Notes: a model not told the origin generated them from the sequence alone. Positions 40,105-50,435 are shown, numbered from the stretch's first letter. The stretch is DNA of 64,000 bases from Cyanobacteria bacterium auto_48_18 (GCA_036170915.1 JAVHQC010000021.1:1-64000); one strand, 5' to 3'. Translations and numbers: made by a program.

Positions 40105-42666
40105 ATGTTCTCAGGCCCAGCGGCACTTTTTATAGTTTCAGCCAGAAAGGCGCTCACCGTCAGTTTACTGGTCAGTCAAGTCGCGAGCTTACCTGCATTC
40201 GCTTATTCAAGCCAGTCGCGTTCCGAGTTAGTTCCACAACAAAGGCTAGCAGCCCGCGCCGGTGAGCCGGTTCAATCAAAAGAAGCTCGCCAGCTGGCCG
40301 ATCAAATGATGAAAGCGTTCGGCGGATTCGAGGCTTTCAAGCACTTTAACGACGTACCTTGCCGTGCGCACGGAAAAATTATTCAAACTTCTTCGCTTTC
40401 AGGCGTGGCCAATACCTTTGACTGCGACATGCTAATTAAGCGCGAAAAGCAAAAAATCACGATTACATTTTTAGGCCAGCCACTTACCACTGTATATGAT
40501 GGCAATGTTTGCTGGACTCAGCAGGGCGACATTGTGCTGCCCTCAGACACGATTACAGCCAAGCGCATAGCAGAAGACATTCTTCATGGTTTTTTGCTGC
40601 TCGAAAAAATAAACGATACCGACACGCGTATGGAAATCGGCCCTCCAACAACTGTTGATGGTAAGGCCTGCGACACGCTATTGGTCTGGGCCGCAGATGG
40701 CGAGCCTACCACTTTTGCCGTTGATAAAGCGACTCACCTGGTAGCTTCATCAAAATATGCAGGCGTCGATCTGGAGCAAGGAGTCAAGGTAGACAAACGC
40801 TACCACTACTCTGATTATCAACTGGTGGAGAATACCCAACAGCCCTTTAAAGTTGTGGAATATTCTGGCGATAAAAAAGTATCTGAAACTGTTGTCGATA
40901 AAGTTGCTATCGATCAGTCAATTACAGATAGCATTTTTACTATGCCCGTGGAAAAGCCTTCAGCTAGACTGGCTGCAGGACCGATCACCGTGCCTTTCGA
41001 ATATACATCAAACGAAATTATGGTGAAAGTCAAAGCCAATGGCACTCATACTTTGCGATTCATTGTTGACACCGGTGCCACTCAATGCATCTTAGATAAG
41101 TCAGCGGCGAACAAAATTGGTGCCACCTCCCTTGGTGACAACAGCGGCCTCTCTATGACCACTGGATCTGGTTCTATAAAAACCGGTGCAGTGCTGATGA
41201 AATCTATGTCTATAGGCGATTTAGAAATCGAAAATGTGCCGTTTGCCGTAGCTGATTTAAATTCATTCGGCAGTATTTCTGGGGACAAACCAGCAGGTTT
41301 GATTGGCGCGAATATTTTAAAGCGCTATTTAGTTACGGTTGATTATGAAAACCAAAAATTACATTTCGCTGACCCCACACAAGTGACAGTGCCAGAAGGC
41401 GCCACAGTGATAAACACCAGGCCCAGCCTGGGTATGTCGGGGCTGGCCGTGGAAGGCAATATTGACGGCAAACAGAAAGTCACCTTCTTAATTGACACCG
41501 GTGCGGCCTTCAATAATATTTCAGAGACTAAGGTAAAACATCTACTCTGGGGCCCTGTCTACAAAGTAGGCATGCTCAAAGGCCTTGATGGTAAGTTAGT
41601 CGAGACCGGATCTGCCAGATTTAACTACCTAGATCTGGACAAATTCCGCATTGAAAAACCAGTGTTTTCTATTGCTCCGCCACCAAGCGACGGTGTAGTG
41701 GAAGGTGGCATCATTAGCTCAAAAGACCTGGCAATTATTGGAAATCCGTTATTGAGCCGCTACAAAGTAACTTTTGATTATCGCAATCAGCGCCTGTTTC
41801 TCGAGCAAAGTCAAAGTCAAAAAAATCAAAATACTTTGACCGACAAAATTGACGCCATAAAAGTTGAGTGGTTGAGAACTCGTAACGCCAGTCAGGCCAT
41901 TCGCGATCTGACAGCTGTGGCTGATACGGCACACCATGATGACCTGCCGGGCATTGAAGCACTGGCGCGCACCGAGTTAGCGATTATGTACTGCCAGAAA
42001 AGTGGTGGCAACTTTACACCTGAGCATATCTTTGCGCCCATAAGCGGGGCCAGTCTGACTCTGGAAGGCAGCTCAAAAAATCTCGATGGCAAAAAAGTAT
42101 TGCCACAAACTCTCTTTGCCGATTCAGATACTCAATTGCTGCAAGCTTATTATTTATCCGAAAAGCTCACCGATAAGACCATTCAGGGTCGTGTGCTGGC
42201 CATCTGGGGATATATTTATACCAGTCAATGTCAGGACATCAGCTATTTATCGAGCGCCAAGCAAAAAATTGGCAAAGCCGTTGTACTGGCTCCTACTGAC
42301 GCAGATGTGCTAGCGGCATCTGGATATTTTCTTGCGCGTCTGGATGCTATGAAGCCATCAAAACCAGAAGCGGTAGAAAAAGTTGCTAAGCCCATAGCAT
42401 CAAAAGTGGCTACTGCTAAAACGGGCAAAGACAAGCTTCCTGCGCACAATGAAGGCAAGTTGACTGCGGCCATGAAGAACGCCAATCAGTTAGGGAAATG
42501 GTTGGCCGGCCAGATTATTGATCAAGCGATTATGATTGATCCGGCTAACTGGCTGGCTCTATGGACCAAGCTGGATCGCGCTCGCAGTCAAGGTCACAGC
42601 GAAGAAGTGAAAGTTATAACCGGGCAGTTGAAGCATTATTATCCGAATATGAACGTGAAAGAATAG
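40105..42666 (+). CDS. Secreted retropepsin-like aspartic protease (two DTG domains) with LolA-like N-terminus and helical C-terminus
   Basis: FIVDTGAT...GLIGANIL and FLIDTGAA...IIGNPLL; signal peptide. Confidence 0.8.
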   Translation: MFSGPAALFIVSARKALTVSLLVSQVASLPAFAYSSQSRSELVPQQRLAARAGEPVQSKEARQLADQMMKAFGGFEAFKHFNDVPCRAHGKIIQTSSLSGVANTFDCDMLIKREKQKITITFLGQPLTTVYDGNVCWTQQGDIVLPSDTITAKRIAEDILHGFLLLEKINDTDTRMEIGPPTTVDGKACDTLLVWAADGEPTTFAVDKATHLVASSKYAGVDLEQGVKVDKRYHYSDYQLVENTQQPFKVVEYSGDKKVSETVVDKVAIDQSITDSIFTMPVEKPSARLAAGPITVPFEYTSNEIMVKVKANGTHTLRFIVDTGATQCILDKSAANKIGATSLGDNSGLSMTTGSGSIKTGAVLMKSMSIGDLEIENVPFAVADLNSFGSISGDKPAGLIGANILKRYLVTVDYENQKLHFADPTQVTVPEGATVINTRPSLGMSGLAVEGNIDGKQKVTFLIDTGAAFNNISETKVKHLLWGPVYKVGMLKGLDGKLVETGSARFNYLDLDKFRIEKPVFSIAPPPSDGVVEGGIISSKDLAIIGNPLLSRYKVTFDYRNQRLFLEQSQSQKNQNTLTDKIDAIKVEWLRTRNASQAIRDLTAVADTAHHDDLPGIEALARTELAIMYCQKSGGNFTPEHIFAPISGASLTLEGSSKNLDGKKVLPQTLFADSDTQLLQAYYLSEKLTDKTIQGRVLAIWGYIYTSQCQDISYLSSAKQKIGKAVVLAPTDADVLAASGYFLARLDAMKPSKPEAVEKVAKPIASKVATAKTGKDKLPAHNEGKLTAAMKNANQLGKWLAGQIIDQAIMIDPANWLALWTKLDRARSQGHSEEVKVITGQLKHYYPNMNVKE

Positions 42667-42687
42667 CTAAAGACTAGTAATTAGTAT

Positions 42688-43380
42688 TTAGTCTGCCAAT
42701 ACTTTTTCCCATGTAATGGACCGCCTGAGCGATTCTCGTTGATGGTCAAGCAGAATCATTGGTAATTCCGTTAACCACGGAGTCATCTTCTCGCACTTTA
42801 ACAACTTGTTCTTCTTCTGCTCATAGTCAAAGTATGGAGTACCGCAGAATCCGCCTTTGGGTGGCTCTTTCATCATTGGTACAAACTTTCGCAGAATTGC
42901 TCTAGCTTCACCAAATTTGCGCTGGCAGATCAAATAGTCAGCAACAGCATCGTCTACATTGGGCTTGTCTGCACTTTTGACTGAACTGCACTCAAGTATT
43001 TGCACAACTTTGTCATACTTTTTTTGCCTAGCCAGACTCAAGCAAAGCCCTTGCACAATGGTATTTTGTGATGTATCAACATACCGAGAAGAATAAGTTC
43101 GTGCATTCTGCAATCGAAGGATCAAAGCCTTTTTATATAATTTCTCAGCTTGAGAAAACTGATCTTTGAATACCGCCTCCTGAGCAGCTTCAACAATTGA
43201 GCTAATTTCAGTTTCAATCGGAGTATCTTTAGAGTAATTACCGAAATGCACGATTTTCTGCGCAAAAACAGCAGGCTGCTGAATACACATCATTGCCAAC
43301 GAACAAAGAAATAGTGAGCCACATATGTTGGCAAAACGAGCGTCATCAAAGTAGTGAGGTTTATTAAATCCGATCATCAC
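42688..43380 (-). CDS. Exported TPR-like protein
   Basis: Hydrophobic N-terminus; AEKLYKKAL helical repeats. Confidence 0.6.
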   Translation of the reverse strand: MMIGFNKPHYFDDARFANICGSLFLCSLAMMCIQQPAVFAQKIVHFGNYSKDTPIETEISSIVEAAQEAVFKDQFSQAEKLYKKALILRLQNARTYSSRYVDTSQNTIVQGLCLSLARQKKYDKVVQILECSSVKSADKPNVDDAVADYLICQRKFGEARAILRKFVPMMKEPPKGGFCGTPYFDYEQKKNKLLKCEKMTPWLTELPMILLDHQRESLRRSITWEKVLAD

Positions 43381-43711
43381 TGGACCTTTTCCGCGGTAGC
43401 GGCAAGGCTACCGCTCCAGAACCGGCAAAGGGCAAAGGTTTCCCTGGCACACCGGCAGGTTGACGAGGGTCGCTTCCTGGGCGCGGGGGGTCATTTTTTG
43501 AAGGCGGGGGCGGTTTGAGCCACCTAACAAGGGCGTCTTTCGCCACATTAAGATGAACAATTGATTCTTCGTCGGCAAAAAATTCAGTCAGTCGAGGTGT
43601 ATTTGCCACCTTATCTTTCCAGGCCAAAACAACAGCGTCTCTCGTCAAGTCATCAGGTTCCAAACCGAGAACTAAACAAAATCTTTGGAGCTCAGGTGGT
43701 AGTTTTTCCAA
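43364..43711 (-). CDS. J-domain-like protein lacking HPD, Pro-rich tail
   Basis: VLGLE...AW+....LNVAKDAL pattern. Confidence 0.5.
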   Translation of the reverse strand: MEKLPPELQRFCLVLGLEPDDLTRDAVVLAWKDKVANTPRLTEFFADEESIVHLNVAKDALVRWLKPPPPSKNDPPRPGSDPRQPAGVPGKPLPFAGSGAVALPLPRKRSSDDRI

Positions 43712-43835
43712 AGGCGTGGTCGACCCTTTAGAGTCTGTAGATTCCGATTATGATTCATGGCATCAAGAAAAGCAAAATAAAATAGCCCAACTCCTGTAAT
43801 AAGAGCTGGGCTATATGACTTGTTGCGGTAAGTTC

Positions 43836-44201
43836 TTACTTCTCAGGCTTTGCTGGTGCATCGCCAGGTTTTGCTACAGGTGCGCTGGACTCATTGGTCT
43901 TTGGTGCATCTGAAGAAGTTGCCGGTGGTGCAGATTTCTTTTCGTGTTGATCACAAAGTGGTGCGTCGTTATCTGGAATGGCAGCGCCGAAAGGCAAAAC
44001 ATTACCAACATATTGATGACGTTCGGCTTTGCCGCTGGTATAAAAACGCTCGTTGAGAATGCTTGGTTCGAGAGCGAATAGATTCATATCTCGTGGTCCT
44101 TCCATGCGGCCAAACTCTTGCGGCAAACGCAGAGAGCCTGCCTGGGCTGGAAGAGCTGCAGCAAAAGCTAAGGCGATCAAAGTCAAAGCGAATTTTTTCA
44201 A
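43836..44201 (-). CDS. Small secreted protein
   Basis: Signal peptide AQA; GAGG SD; downstream hairpin 43782-43814. Confidence 0.75.
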   Translation of the reverse strand: MKKFALTLIALAFAAALPAQAGSLRLPQEFGRMEGPRDMNLFALEPSILNERFYTSGKAERHQYVGNVLPFGAAIPDNDAPLCDQHEKKSAPPATSSDAPKTNESSAPVAKPGDAPAKPEK

Positions 44202-44284
44202 AACGGCCTCACAATACGGGATACTTTTTTCACTCTATGCACTTGGAATCAAACTTGCTCAAAATTGTACTTTTTTGCCGGCCT

Positions 44285-44701
44285 TTAAGCAATTGCTTCC
44301 GGATTAACCATAATCACCTGGAACGGCAGGGAGCCGACTGATTCGCCTTCGACTTCGAGCACAATCTGATACATTCCTTCTGACTCAAAAGTGAGACCAG
44401 AGAAGGCGCTAATAATTTTGTGCGTCATGTGCAAGTTGGGCAGCGGTTCTACAGTAGCTGTAGGTGACCCAGCGATTAGATTACCGAGAGAGTCTTCAAT
44501 GCGAAATTGATAATCGAATTGACTGTTGGAGCCGGAAACCTGAGCAAAAGCGTAAACTAGTGGTATCACAGCAGGAAAAGATTGAGCCGTTATTCCGTTA
44601 TAGATGTTGATGCAAGACACCGCATCACGACGCAGAACATCTTGCAATACACGCTCGCAAAGAATAATGCCAAGTAATTTCGGTGGGGAATCAAAACGCA
44701 T
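44285..44701 (-). CDS. Hypothetical beta-sandwich protein
   Basis: IILCERV..D....SCINIY; F..EG.Y.I.L...G. Confidence 0.75.
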   Translation of the reverse strand: MRFDSPPKLLGIILCERVLQDVLRRDAVSCINIYNGITAQSFPAVIPLVYAFAQVSGSNSQFDYQFRIEDSLGNLIAGSPTATVEPLPNLHMTHKIISAFSGLTFESEGMYQIVLEVEGESVGSLPFQVIMVNPEAIA

Positions 44702-44924
44702 CGGTCATGCTTTCTCCGTCACTGAATTTGATTTTGACCAAATGCCTCGGTGGCAGCTGAAATAGCGGCGCTGTGATTATACTAGACTTGAGGCATAGCC
44801 ATGGCGTCGGAGAAGTTTGAGCAACTATGTGGGACCCCGAGAGACTGACACTAGCCCAGTGGTTTTGGGTTGTTTTCGCCCTTGTGGTGGCCATCGCGTT
44901 TGCATGTCGCTGGATTGACCTCAA
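44691..44924 (-). CDS. Possible small protein overlapping the next gene's start
   Basis: 11 nt overlap with 44285-44701; otherwise unsupported. Confidence 0.3.
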   Translation of the reverse strand: MRSIQRHANAMATTRAKTTQNHWASVSLSGSHIVAQTSPTPWLCLKSSIITAPLFQLPPRHLVKIKFSDGESMTDAF

Positions 44925-44975
44925 TTATCCCGTTGAGCCGCTGACACAGCTTGAAGCTCAACCCATGGTGACTGT

Positions 44976-45012
44976 CTAAACCGCAGAGAAATTTGCGCAA
45001 ATTTTCTCTGCG
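44976..45012. repeat. Hairpin repeat family 2, copy 1
   Basis: CTAAACCGCAGAGAAATTTGCGCAAATTTTCTCTGCG; inverted copy at 58772-58806. Confidence 0.75.
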
Positions 45013-45471
45013 ATTTGGTTCTTTCATTCCTGACCTAACCCTGAGCTGCACCCTCTCGTTAGCCGCGCTAACCGCTACTAGCTCAGAGAACAGCACGCAC
45101 AAAGCTTCTTGACATCACGTCTGTCTAATGAACAGTTGTACAAAGGCTCGCAAGTGCCATCACCACCTATTGTCAAGCAGCGCTTAAGCATTGACTGGTA
45201 TGCCCAGGCGGCGAAATTGTCTATTAATCATTAGATAGAAATTCATGATTTGACATCCTATCTCTTATTTATTTAGTGTCCATAGGTCCAACTTTCTTTC
45301 TCTTTAACTACAAGGCCTGATCTCAATTTAGCTCGCGCCCATAAACCTTAGCTTCCACTTTTTCTTCTCTTTAGAAGAAACGGCGGCTATCGCATTGGCG
45401 TGTTTGAGCTCGATTGACCTGACCTTGCTTTCCCTGACTTCTAAAAATTCCGAAAAGGAAAGGTATCAACT

Positions 45472-47589
45472 ATGACAAATTCCACGAAAGCCAAAAAGAC
45501 TTACGTGCTGGGTATCACAGGTTCAATTGGTTGCGGAAAGTCGCTGGTCGGCAAGCAACTGCAAGAGATGGGAGTGGCCGTCATCGACGCCGACCATCTG
45601 TCGCATGAACTGGTGAACAATCCCGGCCCCGCGTATGACCAGATTCTCGCCCGTTTCGGTGCCGATCTTGTCAGCAGCCCTGGTGGTCCTATCGACCGCA
45701 AGAAGCTGGGCGCCATCGTTTTCAACGACGCTTCGGCTCGCGCTGAACTCGAAGCAATTCTGCATCCTGCCATCGCCGAGCTGCAGAGCACCCGCGTTGC
45801 GGCCCTCGCCAAGACGCATGAAATCGTCGCCGTGCTCGTTCCTCTGCTGTTCGAAACCGGCTCACAGAACAAGTACAGCGCTGTCTGGGCAGTAATCGTT
45901 CACAAAGAAATCCAGATCAGCCGGCTCAAGCTGCGCGACAACCTCAGTGATGAGGAAGTTGTTCGGCGCATCAAGGCACAGTGGCCTCAGGCAAAGAAGG
46001 CCGAACTGGCCGATCAGGTGGTGGACAATTCCGGCAACCCCGAGCAGACTCTTGTTCAGGTGGCCAAACTGGTGGGCGAGATCCGCGCCAAGATGGCCGC
46101 TTCCACCAGCACCGATGCTCCTGCTACCGAAACCGATGCTCCGATAGTCGTCCCGGTTCCTGTTCCTGCGCCAGAGCCTGATGCACCTGTGGTAGATGCT
46201 GACGCTCCTGCGCCTGCAGAAACCGACACCACAGCTCCGGCTGACACGTCTGCGCCTGCAGATACCGACGCTCCCGCTCCGGCAGACACAGACCCGACTC
46301 CCGTCGATGCGTCTGCTCCGGCCGACACCACGGCCGCTGACGCTGCCAGCGAACGCAATCACACTGCTCTCAAGCAGCTGGGTGCAATCGCTGCTGACGA
46401 AGCGCTGGAGAAGCTGGGCGACACCGGCACCACCAGCCATCGCGAAGCCACGGCATCTTTGACCATGGTGGTCAAAGCCGCTCCTGGCGCCACTGCCGAT
46501 CAAGACAAGGGCGGCAGCACCGACGACAAGGCGACTGCCAAGGGTGAGCAAGAGCGCGAGCTGCAGGTCGACGTGCGCATGTCTGTGCGTAACAAGCCGG
46601 GCACGCCCGACCCTGTGCCTGTACCCGTTCCGGTGCCTGTCCCTGGCCCGACACCCACGCCTACTCCTACCCCAGGTTCTGGCGACAGCAACGACAAGAG
46701 CAAGAGCCACTTCACCCTGGCGGTTTGCTTCCTGGCTCTGTTGGCCTTCCTCGCCTTCCTGGCGATGTGGTTCCATCAGGGCAACGACAAGCCCGTAGTG
46801 GTCAATGTTGCTCCAACGCCTGTGGTGGTGAATGTTCCCACTCCGGCAGTGGTTAACACTCCTACGGCGCCGGCCAACAATGTCAACGTCACCGTCATAG
46901 TCAAACCGGGCAACGGCAATGGCTGCAACACATGCGGTATCGACTTGACCGCCCCGATCGTCAGCCCGATCATTCTCACCCCGCCGGTGGTAACTCCCCC
47001 AGTGGTGAGCGAGCCGCTTGTGAAACCGCCTGTTGACACTGTTGTGAGGGGCAATTGCGGCGACGGTTCGGTGCAGATCTTGAGCGACCCGCCGGCGTTC
47101 GCCCTGGGTTATCTGCACAATCAGGTGCGCTGGCAGGTGACAAAATGGGTTATCACCACCGATGGTGCGGCTCACTGCCGTAACACCATAGTGGAAGGTT
47201 TCAACGTCAACGGAAAACTGATGGTGAAGCAGTTCTACGGCCCGCAACTGGCCTATCGCGGTCAGCTTGTAGTGCAGTATCTGAACGATGGCACCACTCA
47301 GGTCGACCGTTTTAACGAGTTCAACCAGTCTGTCGGACGCAGCATTTACACCGCTGACTCGTCCGGCAGGCTGTTGGTTGCTCGCCAGTTCGACGGCAGC
47401 CAGAGGCCGCTTTTCACAGTCAATGTTCAGCGCGCGGCTGACGGCAGCATCGTCTCCGTCAGCTATCGCGCTTTCGACTCGACGAGCGGCCGCTCGGTTG
47501 AGAACAACTACTTCGAGACCCTCGGCCAGTTCCGTGACTTCCTCAGCACTCATTTCTATCTCGCCGACAAGCTCTCGAGCCGGTCGTAA
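45472..47589 (+). CDS. coaE: Dephospho-CoA kinase domain fused to low-complexity linker, TM helix and extracytoplasmic domain
   Basis: GITGSIGCGKS, IDAD, IDRKKLGAIVF, ILHP, VPLLFE, VDNSG in first ~200 aa; about 500 extra aa. Confidence 0.85.
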   Translation: MTNSTKAKKTYVLGITGSIGCGKSLVGKQLQEMGVAVIDADHLSHELVNNPGPAYDQILARFGADLVSSPGGPIDRKKLGAIVFNDASARAELEAILHPAIAELQSTRVAALAKTHEIVAVLVPLLFETGSQNKYSAVWAVIVHKEIQISRLKLRDNLSDEEVVRRIKAQWPQAKKAELADQVVDNSGNPEQTLVQVAKLVGEIRAKMAASTSTDAPATETDAPIVVPVPVPAPEPDAPVVDADAPAPAETDTTAPADTSAPADTDAPAPADTDPTPVDASAPADTTAADAASERNHTALKQLGAIAADEALEKLGDTGTTSHREATASLTMVVKAAPGATADQDKGGSTDDKATAKGEQERELQVDVRMSVRNKPGTPDPVPVPVPVPVPGPTPTPTPTPGSGDSNDKSKSHFTLAVCFLALLAFLAFLAMWFHQGNDKPVVVNVAPTPVVVNVPTPAVVNTPTAPANNVNVTVIVKPGNGNGCNTCGIDLTAPIVSPIILTPPVVTPPVVSEPLVKPPVDTVVRGNCGDGSVQILSDPPAFALGYLHNQVRWQVTKWVITTDGAAHCRNTIVEGFNVNGKLMVKQFYGPQLAYRGQLVVQYLNDGTTQVDRFNEFNQSVGRSIYTADSSGRLLVARQFDGSQRPLFTVNVQRAADGSIVSVSYRAFDSTSGRSVENNYFETLGQFRDFLSTHFYLADKLSSRS

Positions 47590-47611
47590 GAGTCACTCAA
47601 AAGGTAATCCC

Positions 47612-48463
47612 ATGAGCAAGAAAAATGCCAAGCAAAATGGCTACAGGGCGCAGAAAAACGGAGTGATCCGTGTTGCGCGCCCGTTCGACAACATCACCGC
47701 ACCCTACATCAAGGGTGAGGAAATTCCCGACTACCTCGCGGCAGTCGACCACTCGCTGAAAATCGAGGACAAGAAAGAATATCAGCGGCAGCTCGATAAG
47801 CAGGAAGAAGAACTCAACCTGCTGGTGCGCCGCATGCACGCCGAGAAGAAATTCTTGGTGGTGCTTCTGCAAGGCCGCGACGGCGCCGGCAAAAGCGGTG
47901 CGACGATTTGCATCGGTGAATCGCTCGGCCACGACGCCAAGCTTTTCCTCAGCGTGCCCATCGGTCCGCCCACCGAAGACGAGCGTGCGCATCCGCCGCT
48001 CTGGCGCTTCTTCAAAGACGACCGCATGCCGGCTTATGGCCAGGTGCGCGTGTTTGACCGCAGCTGGGCCGAAGAGGTTCTGGTGGTGCGCGTCAACAAA
48101 ATCAAGCCCAAGGCTGTCTGGCAAAATTCCTACGCCGGGCTGCGCACCATGGACTGGATGCTCGAACAGGAAGGCGGCATCGTCGTCAAAATCTGGTTCG
48201 ACATCACCAAAGACGAGCAGAAGGCCCGCTTCAAGAAGCGCGCCGAAGAGAAGCCCTGGAAGGTTTCTCCGTCTGACGCGGAAGCGCGCAGCAAGTGGAA
48301 GCAGTACACCGCCGCCGCCAACGAAATGTTCTACCAGACCGGCACCGAGTACTCGCCCTGGTACATTATCGCCAGCGAAGACAAGCGCTACAGCCGTGTG
48401 AACGTGCTGAGCATCATCAACCAGCAACTGCGCGAAGCTCTCGGCGACGAGAAGAAGAAGTAA
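47612..48463 (+). CDS. ppk2: Polyphosphate kinase 2 family
   Basis: QGRDGAGKSG, PTEDE, FDRSW, KPWKVSPSD; start moved to ATG 47612. Confidence 0.9.
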   Translation: MSKKNAKQNGYRAQKNGVIRVARPFDNITAPYIKGEEIPDYLAAVDHSLKIEDKKEYQRQLDKQEEELNLLVRRMHAEKKFLVVLLQGRDGAGKSGATICIGESLGHDAKLFLSVPIGPPTEDERAHPPLWRFFKDDRMPAYGQVRVFDRSWAEEVLVVRVNKIKPKAVWQNSYAGLRTMDWMLEQEGGIVVKIWFDITKDEQKARFKKRAEEKPWKVSPSDAEARSKWKQYTAAANEMFYQTGTEYSPWYIIASEDKRYSRVNVLSIINQQLREALGDEKKK

Positions 48464-48487
48464 GCGCTTTACCAGGGGAGTAAACCT

Positions 48488-48904
48488 ATGGCACAAGTAA
48501 CATCAAAACTCGTCAGCGGCACCAACTATAAGGTGGAAGCGCAAATTGGCAGCTTTACGCTGACCAGCGACCAACCTCAATCGGTGGGCGGAAATGACAG
48601 CGGGCCAAGCCCCAAAGATTTCCTGCTCACCGCCATTGGTGCCTGCACTATCCAGACCGTGCGCAAGGTTGCCGCCAAGCGCAACTGGGACGTTCAAGAA
48701 ATGTCAGTCACGGTCACCATTTCAGAAGTGGACGATCCCAATAAGGCCGGCGGCAAAATCACTTTGATCGACGAATTGATCGAAGTGAAAGGCAATCTCA
48801 GTCAGGCCGACCTCGACGCCATCGAAAAGACCGCCGGCCGCTGCCCGGTCTTGAAGATCATCACCGAGCCCAAGCTGGTGCAGAAGAAGGCCGTCAAGGT
48901 CTAA
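48488..48904 (+). CDS. OsmC/Ohr family protein
   Basis: GGNDSGPSP, IGACT, RCPV. Confidence 0.9.
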   Translation: MAQVTSKLVSGTNYKVEAQIGSFTLTSDQPQSVGGNDSGPSPKDFLLTAIGACTIQTVRKVAAKRNWDVQEMSVTVTISEVDDPNKAGGKITLIDELIEVKGNLSQADLDAIEKTAGRCPVLKIITEPKLVQKKAVKV

Positions 48905-48946
48905 TCTGCACTAAAGACTCTGGCGACCCCAGCAATCAACAACAAC

Positions 48947-48978
48947 AAAAGGGGGCACCAGCAATGGTGCTCCTTTTT
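48947..48978 (+). terminator. Intrinsic terminator
   Basis: AAAAGGGGGCACCA GCAA TGGTGCTCCTTTTT. Confidence 0.85.
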
Positions 48979-49070
48979 ACTCCAACATTCTTTGCAATTT
49001 TTTTAACCATGCGCTTATCCCCGGCAACAGCCCTGCGGAATGCGTAATTTTTTAGAGAAAGAAAGACATT

Positions 49071-50435
49071 GTGAAAACTCCCAATAACCCTGGCGTAGGA
49101 CCTAACGACTCTTACGTCAGACGTCTCATCTTCATGTTCGGCCTGGTGTATTTCGCTCAGGGACTGGCTCAGGCCTCAGGCCTCATCAGTCAGCCACTGA
49201 GCTTTTACATGAAAGCAGTTCTGCACTTCGACGAAGCGCAATCGACCAGCTATCTAGCGGTACTCACCCTGCCCTGGATCATCAAGCCTCTCTACGGGCT
49301 GGTCAGCGACTTTATTCCGCTCTTCGGCTATCGCCGCAAGTCTTGGTTGCTGCTTCTCAATCTTGTTTCGGCCGGCGCATTCTTCTGGCTGACCGGGCTG
49401 GATGAACCTTCCAAAATCGTGTTTGCGCTTTTGCTCACGGCCTTCGGCACAGCTGCTTCTGACGTGATCGTCGACGCGCTGATGGTGGAGAACGGTCAGA
49501 AGTTCAACATGGTCGGTAAATTTCAGTCGGTGCAGTGGTTCTGGTTTTACGCCGCTCAAATCGCCACATCGCTGGCTGGCGGCTGGTTGGCAAGTATGTC
49601 CGACCCAGGAACTGGTCTGCACATCGCCGCCATGATCACCATGTGCGCACCGGCTGTAGTGGCAGTGTCGACCTGGATGATCGTCAAGGAAGACAAGGCG
49701 AAAATGAATCTGGAGCAGCTCAAAGCCACGACGGCAGGGTTGAAGCAGGCATTTTCGTCAAGCACTCTCTGGGCAGCGGTGCTGTTCCTGGCGTTCTGGA
49801 ACTTCAGCCCCAGCTTCGGCACTCCCATGTATTACCACATGACCGACACCCTCAAGTTCTCGCAGTCCTTCATTGGTCAGCTGGGAGCTATCGGTTCGGT
49901 GGGCGCCTTAATTGGAGCCTGGACTTACGGTAAATGGTTCGTCAAACGCACCATCAACTATCAGCTGGTCTTCAGCATCACCGCCGGCGCCGTAGGCACT
50001 TTCGCTTATCTGAGCGTTGTTGTCCTGACGCCGTACAGCACCTTCTTGATGGCGACGCTCAGCTTTGTCTTCGGCATCGCCGGAGCCATCGCGTCGCTCA
50101 CCACTCTGTCGCTTGCCGGCCGCTCGTGTCCGCCCAATGCCGAAGGTTTCACCTTTGCCGCATTGATGTCGGTCAACAACGGCTTCGCACAGCTTTCTGC
50201 AATTGCCGGTGCCTGGATGTTTGTGCACTGGTTTGAACGCCAGCTTACGCCGCTGATTATCGTCTCTGGTGTCTGCACCTTGCTTTGCTTCGCTCTCTTG
50301 CCTACCCTGCGTGCTGTACGCAATCAGGGTGCGGAAGACGGTAGCGCACAAGGCAATGATAAGGGTGCGGGCAAAGATGGGAAAGATAATGGTGGCAACG
50401 ATATTGCTGGTAAAGGCCCCGAGGATACCAAATAG
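49071..50435 (+). CDS. MFS folate-biopterin transporter (BT1) family
   Basis: VYFAQG, LPWIIKPLYGLVSDFIPLFGYRRKSW, DVIVDALMVE, CPPNAEG. Confidence 0.88.
   Translation: MKTPNNPGVGPNDSYVRRLIFMFGLVYFAQGLAQASGLISQPLSFYMKAVLHFDEAQSTSYLAVLTLPWIIKPLYGLVSDFIPLFGYRRKSWLLLLNLVSAGAFFWLTGLDEPSKIVFALLLTAFGTAASDVIVDALMVENGQKFNMVGKFQSVQWFWFYAAQIATSLAGGWLASMSDPGTGLHIAAMITMCAPAVVAVSTWMIVKEDKAKMNLEQLKATTAGLKQAFSSSTLWAAVLFLAFWNFSPSFGTPMYYHMTDTLKFSQSFIGQLGAIGSVGALIGAWTYGKWFVKRTINYQLVFSITAGAVGTFAYLSVVVLTPYSTFLMATLSFVFGIAGAIASLTTLSLAGRSCPPNAEGFTFAALMSVNNGFAQLSAIAGAWMFVHWFERQLTPLIIVSGVCTLLCFALLPTLRAVRNQGAEDGSAQGNDKGAGKDGKDNGGNDIAGKGPEDTK

Noticed and set aside
49005..49050. THF or other riboswitch before the BT1 transporter
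   Set aside because: Only a weak hairpin; no recognisable aptamer consensus
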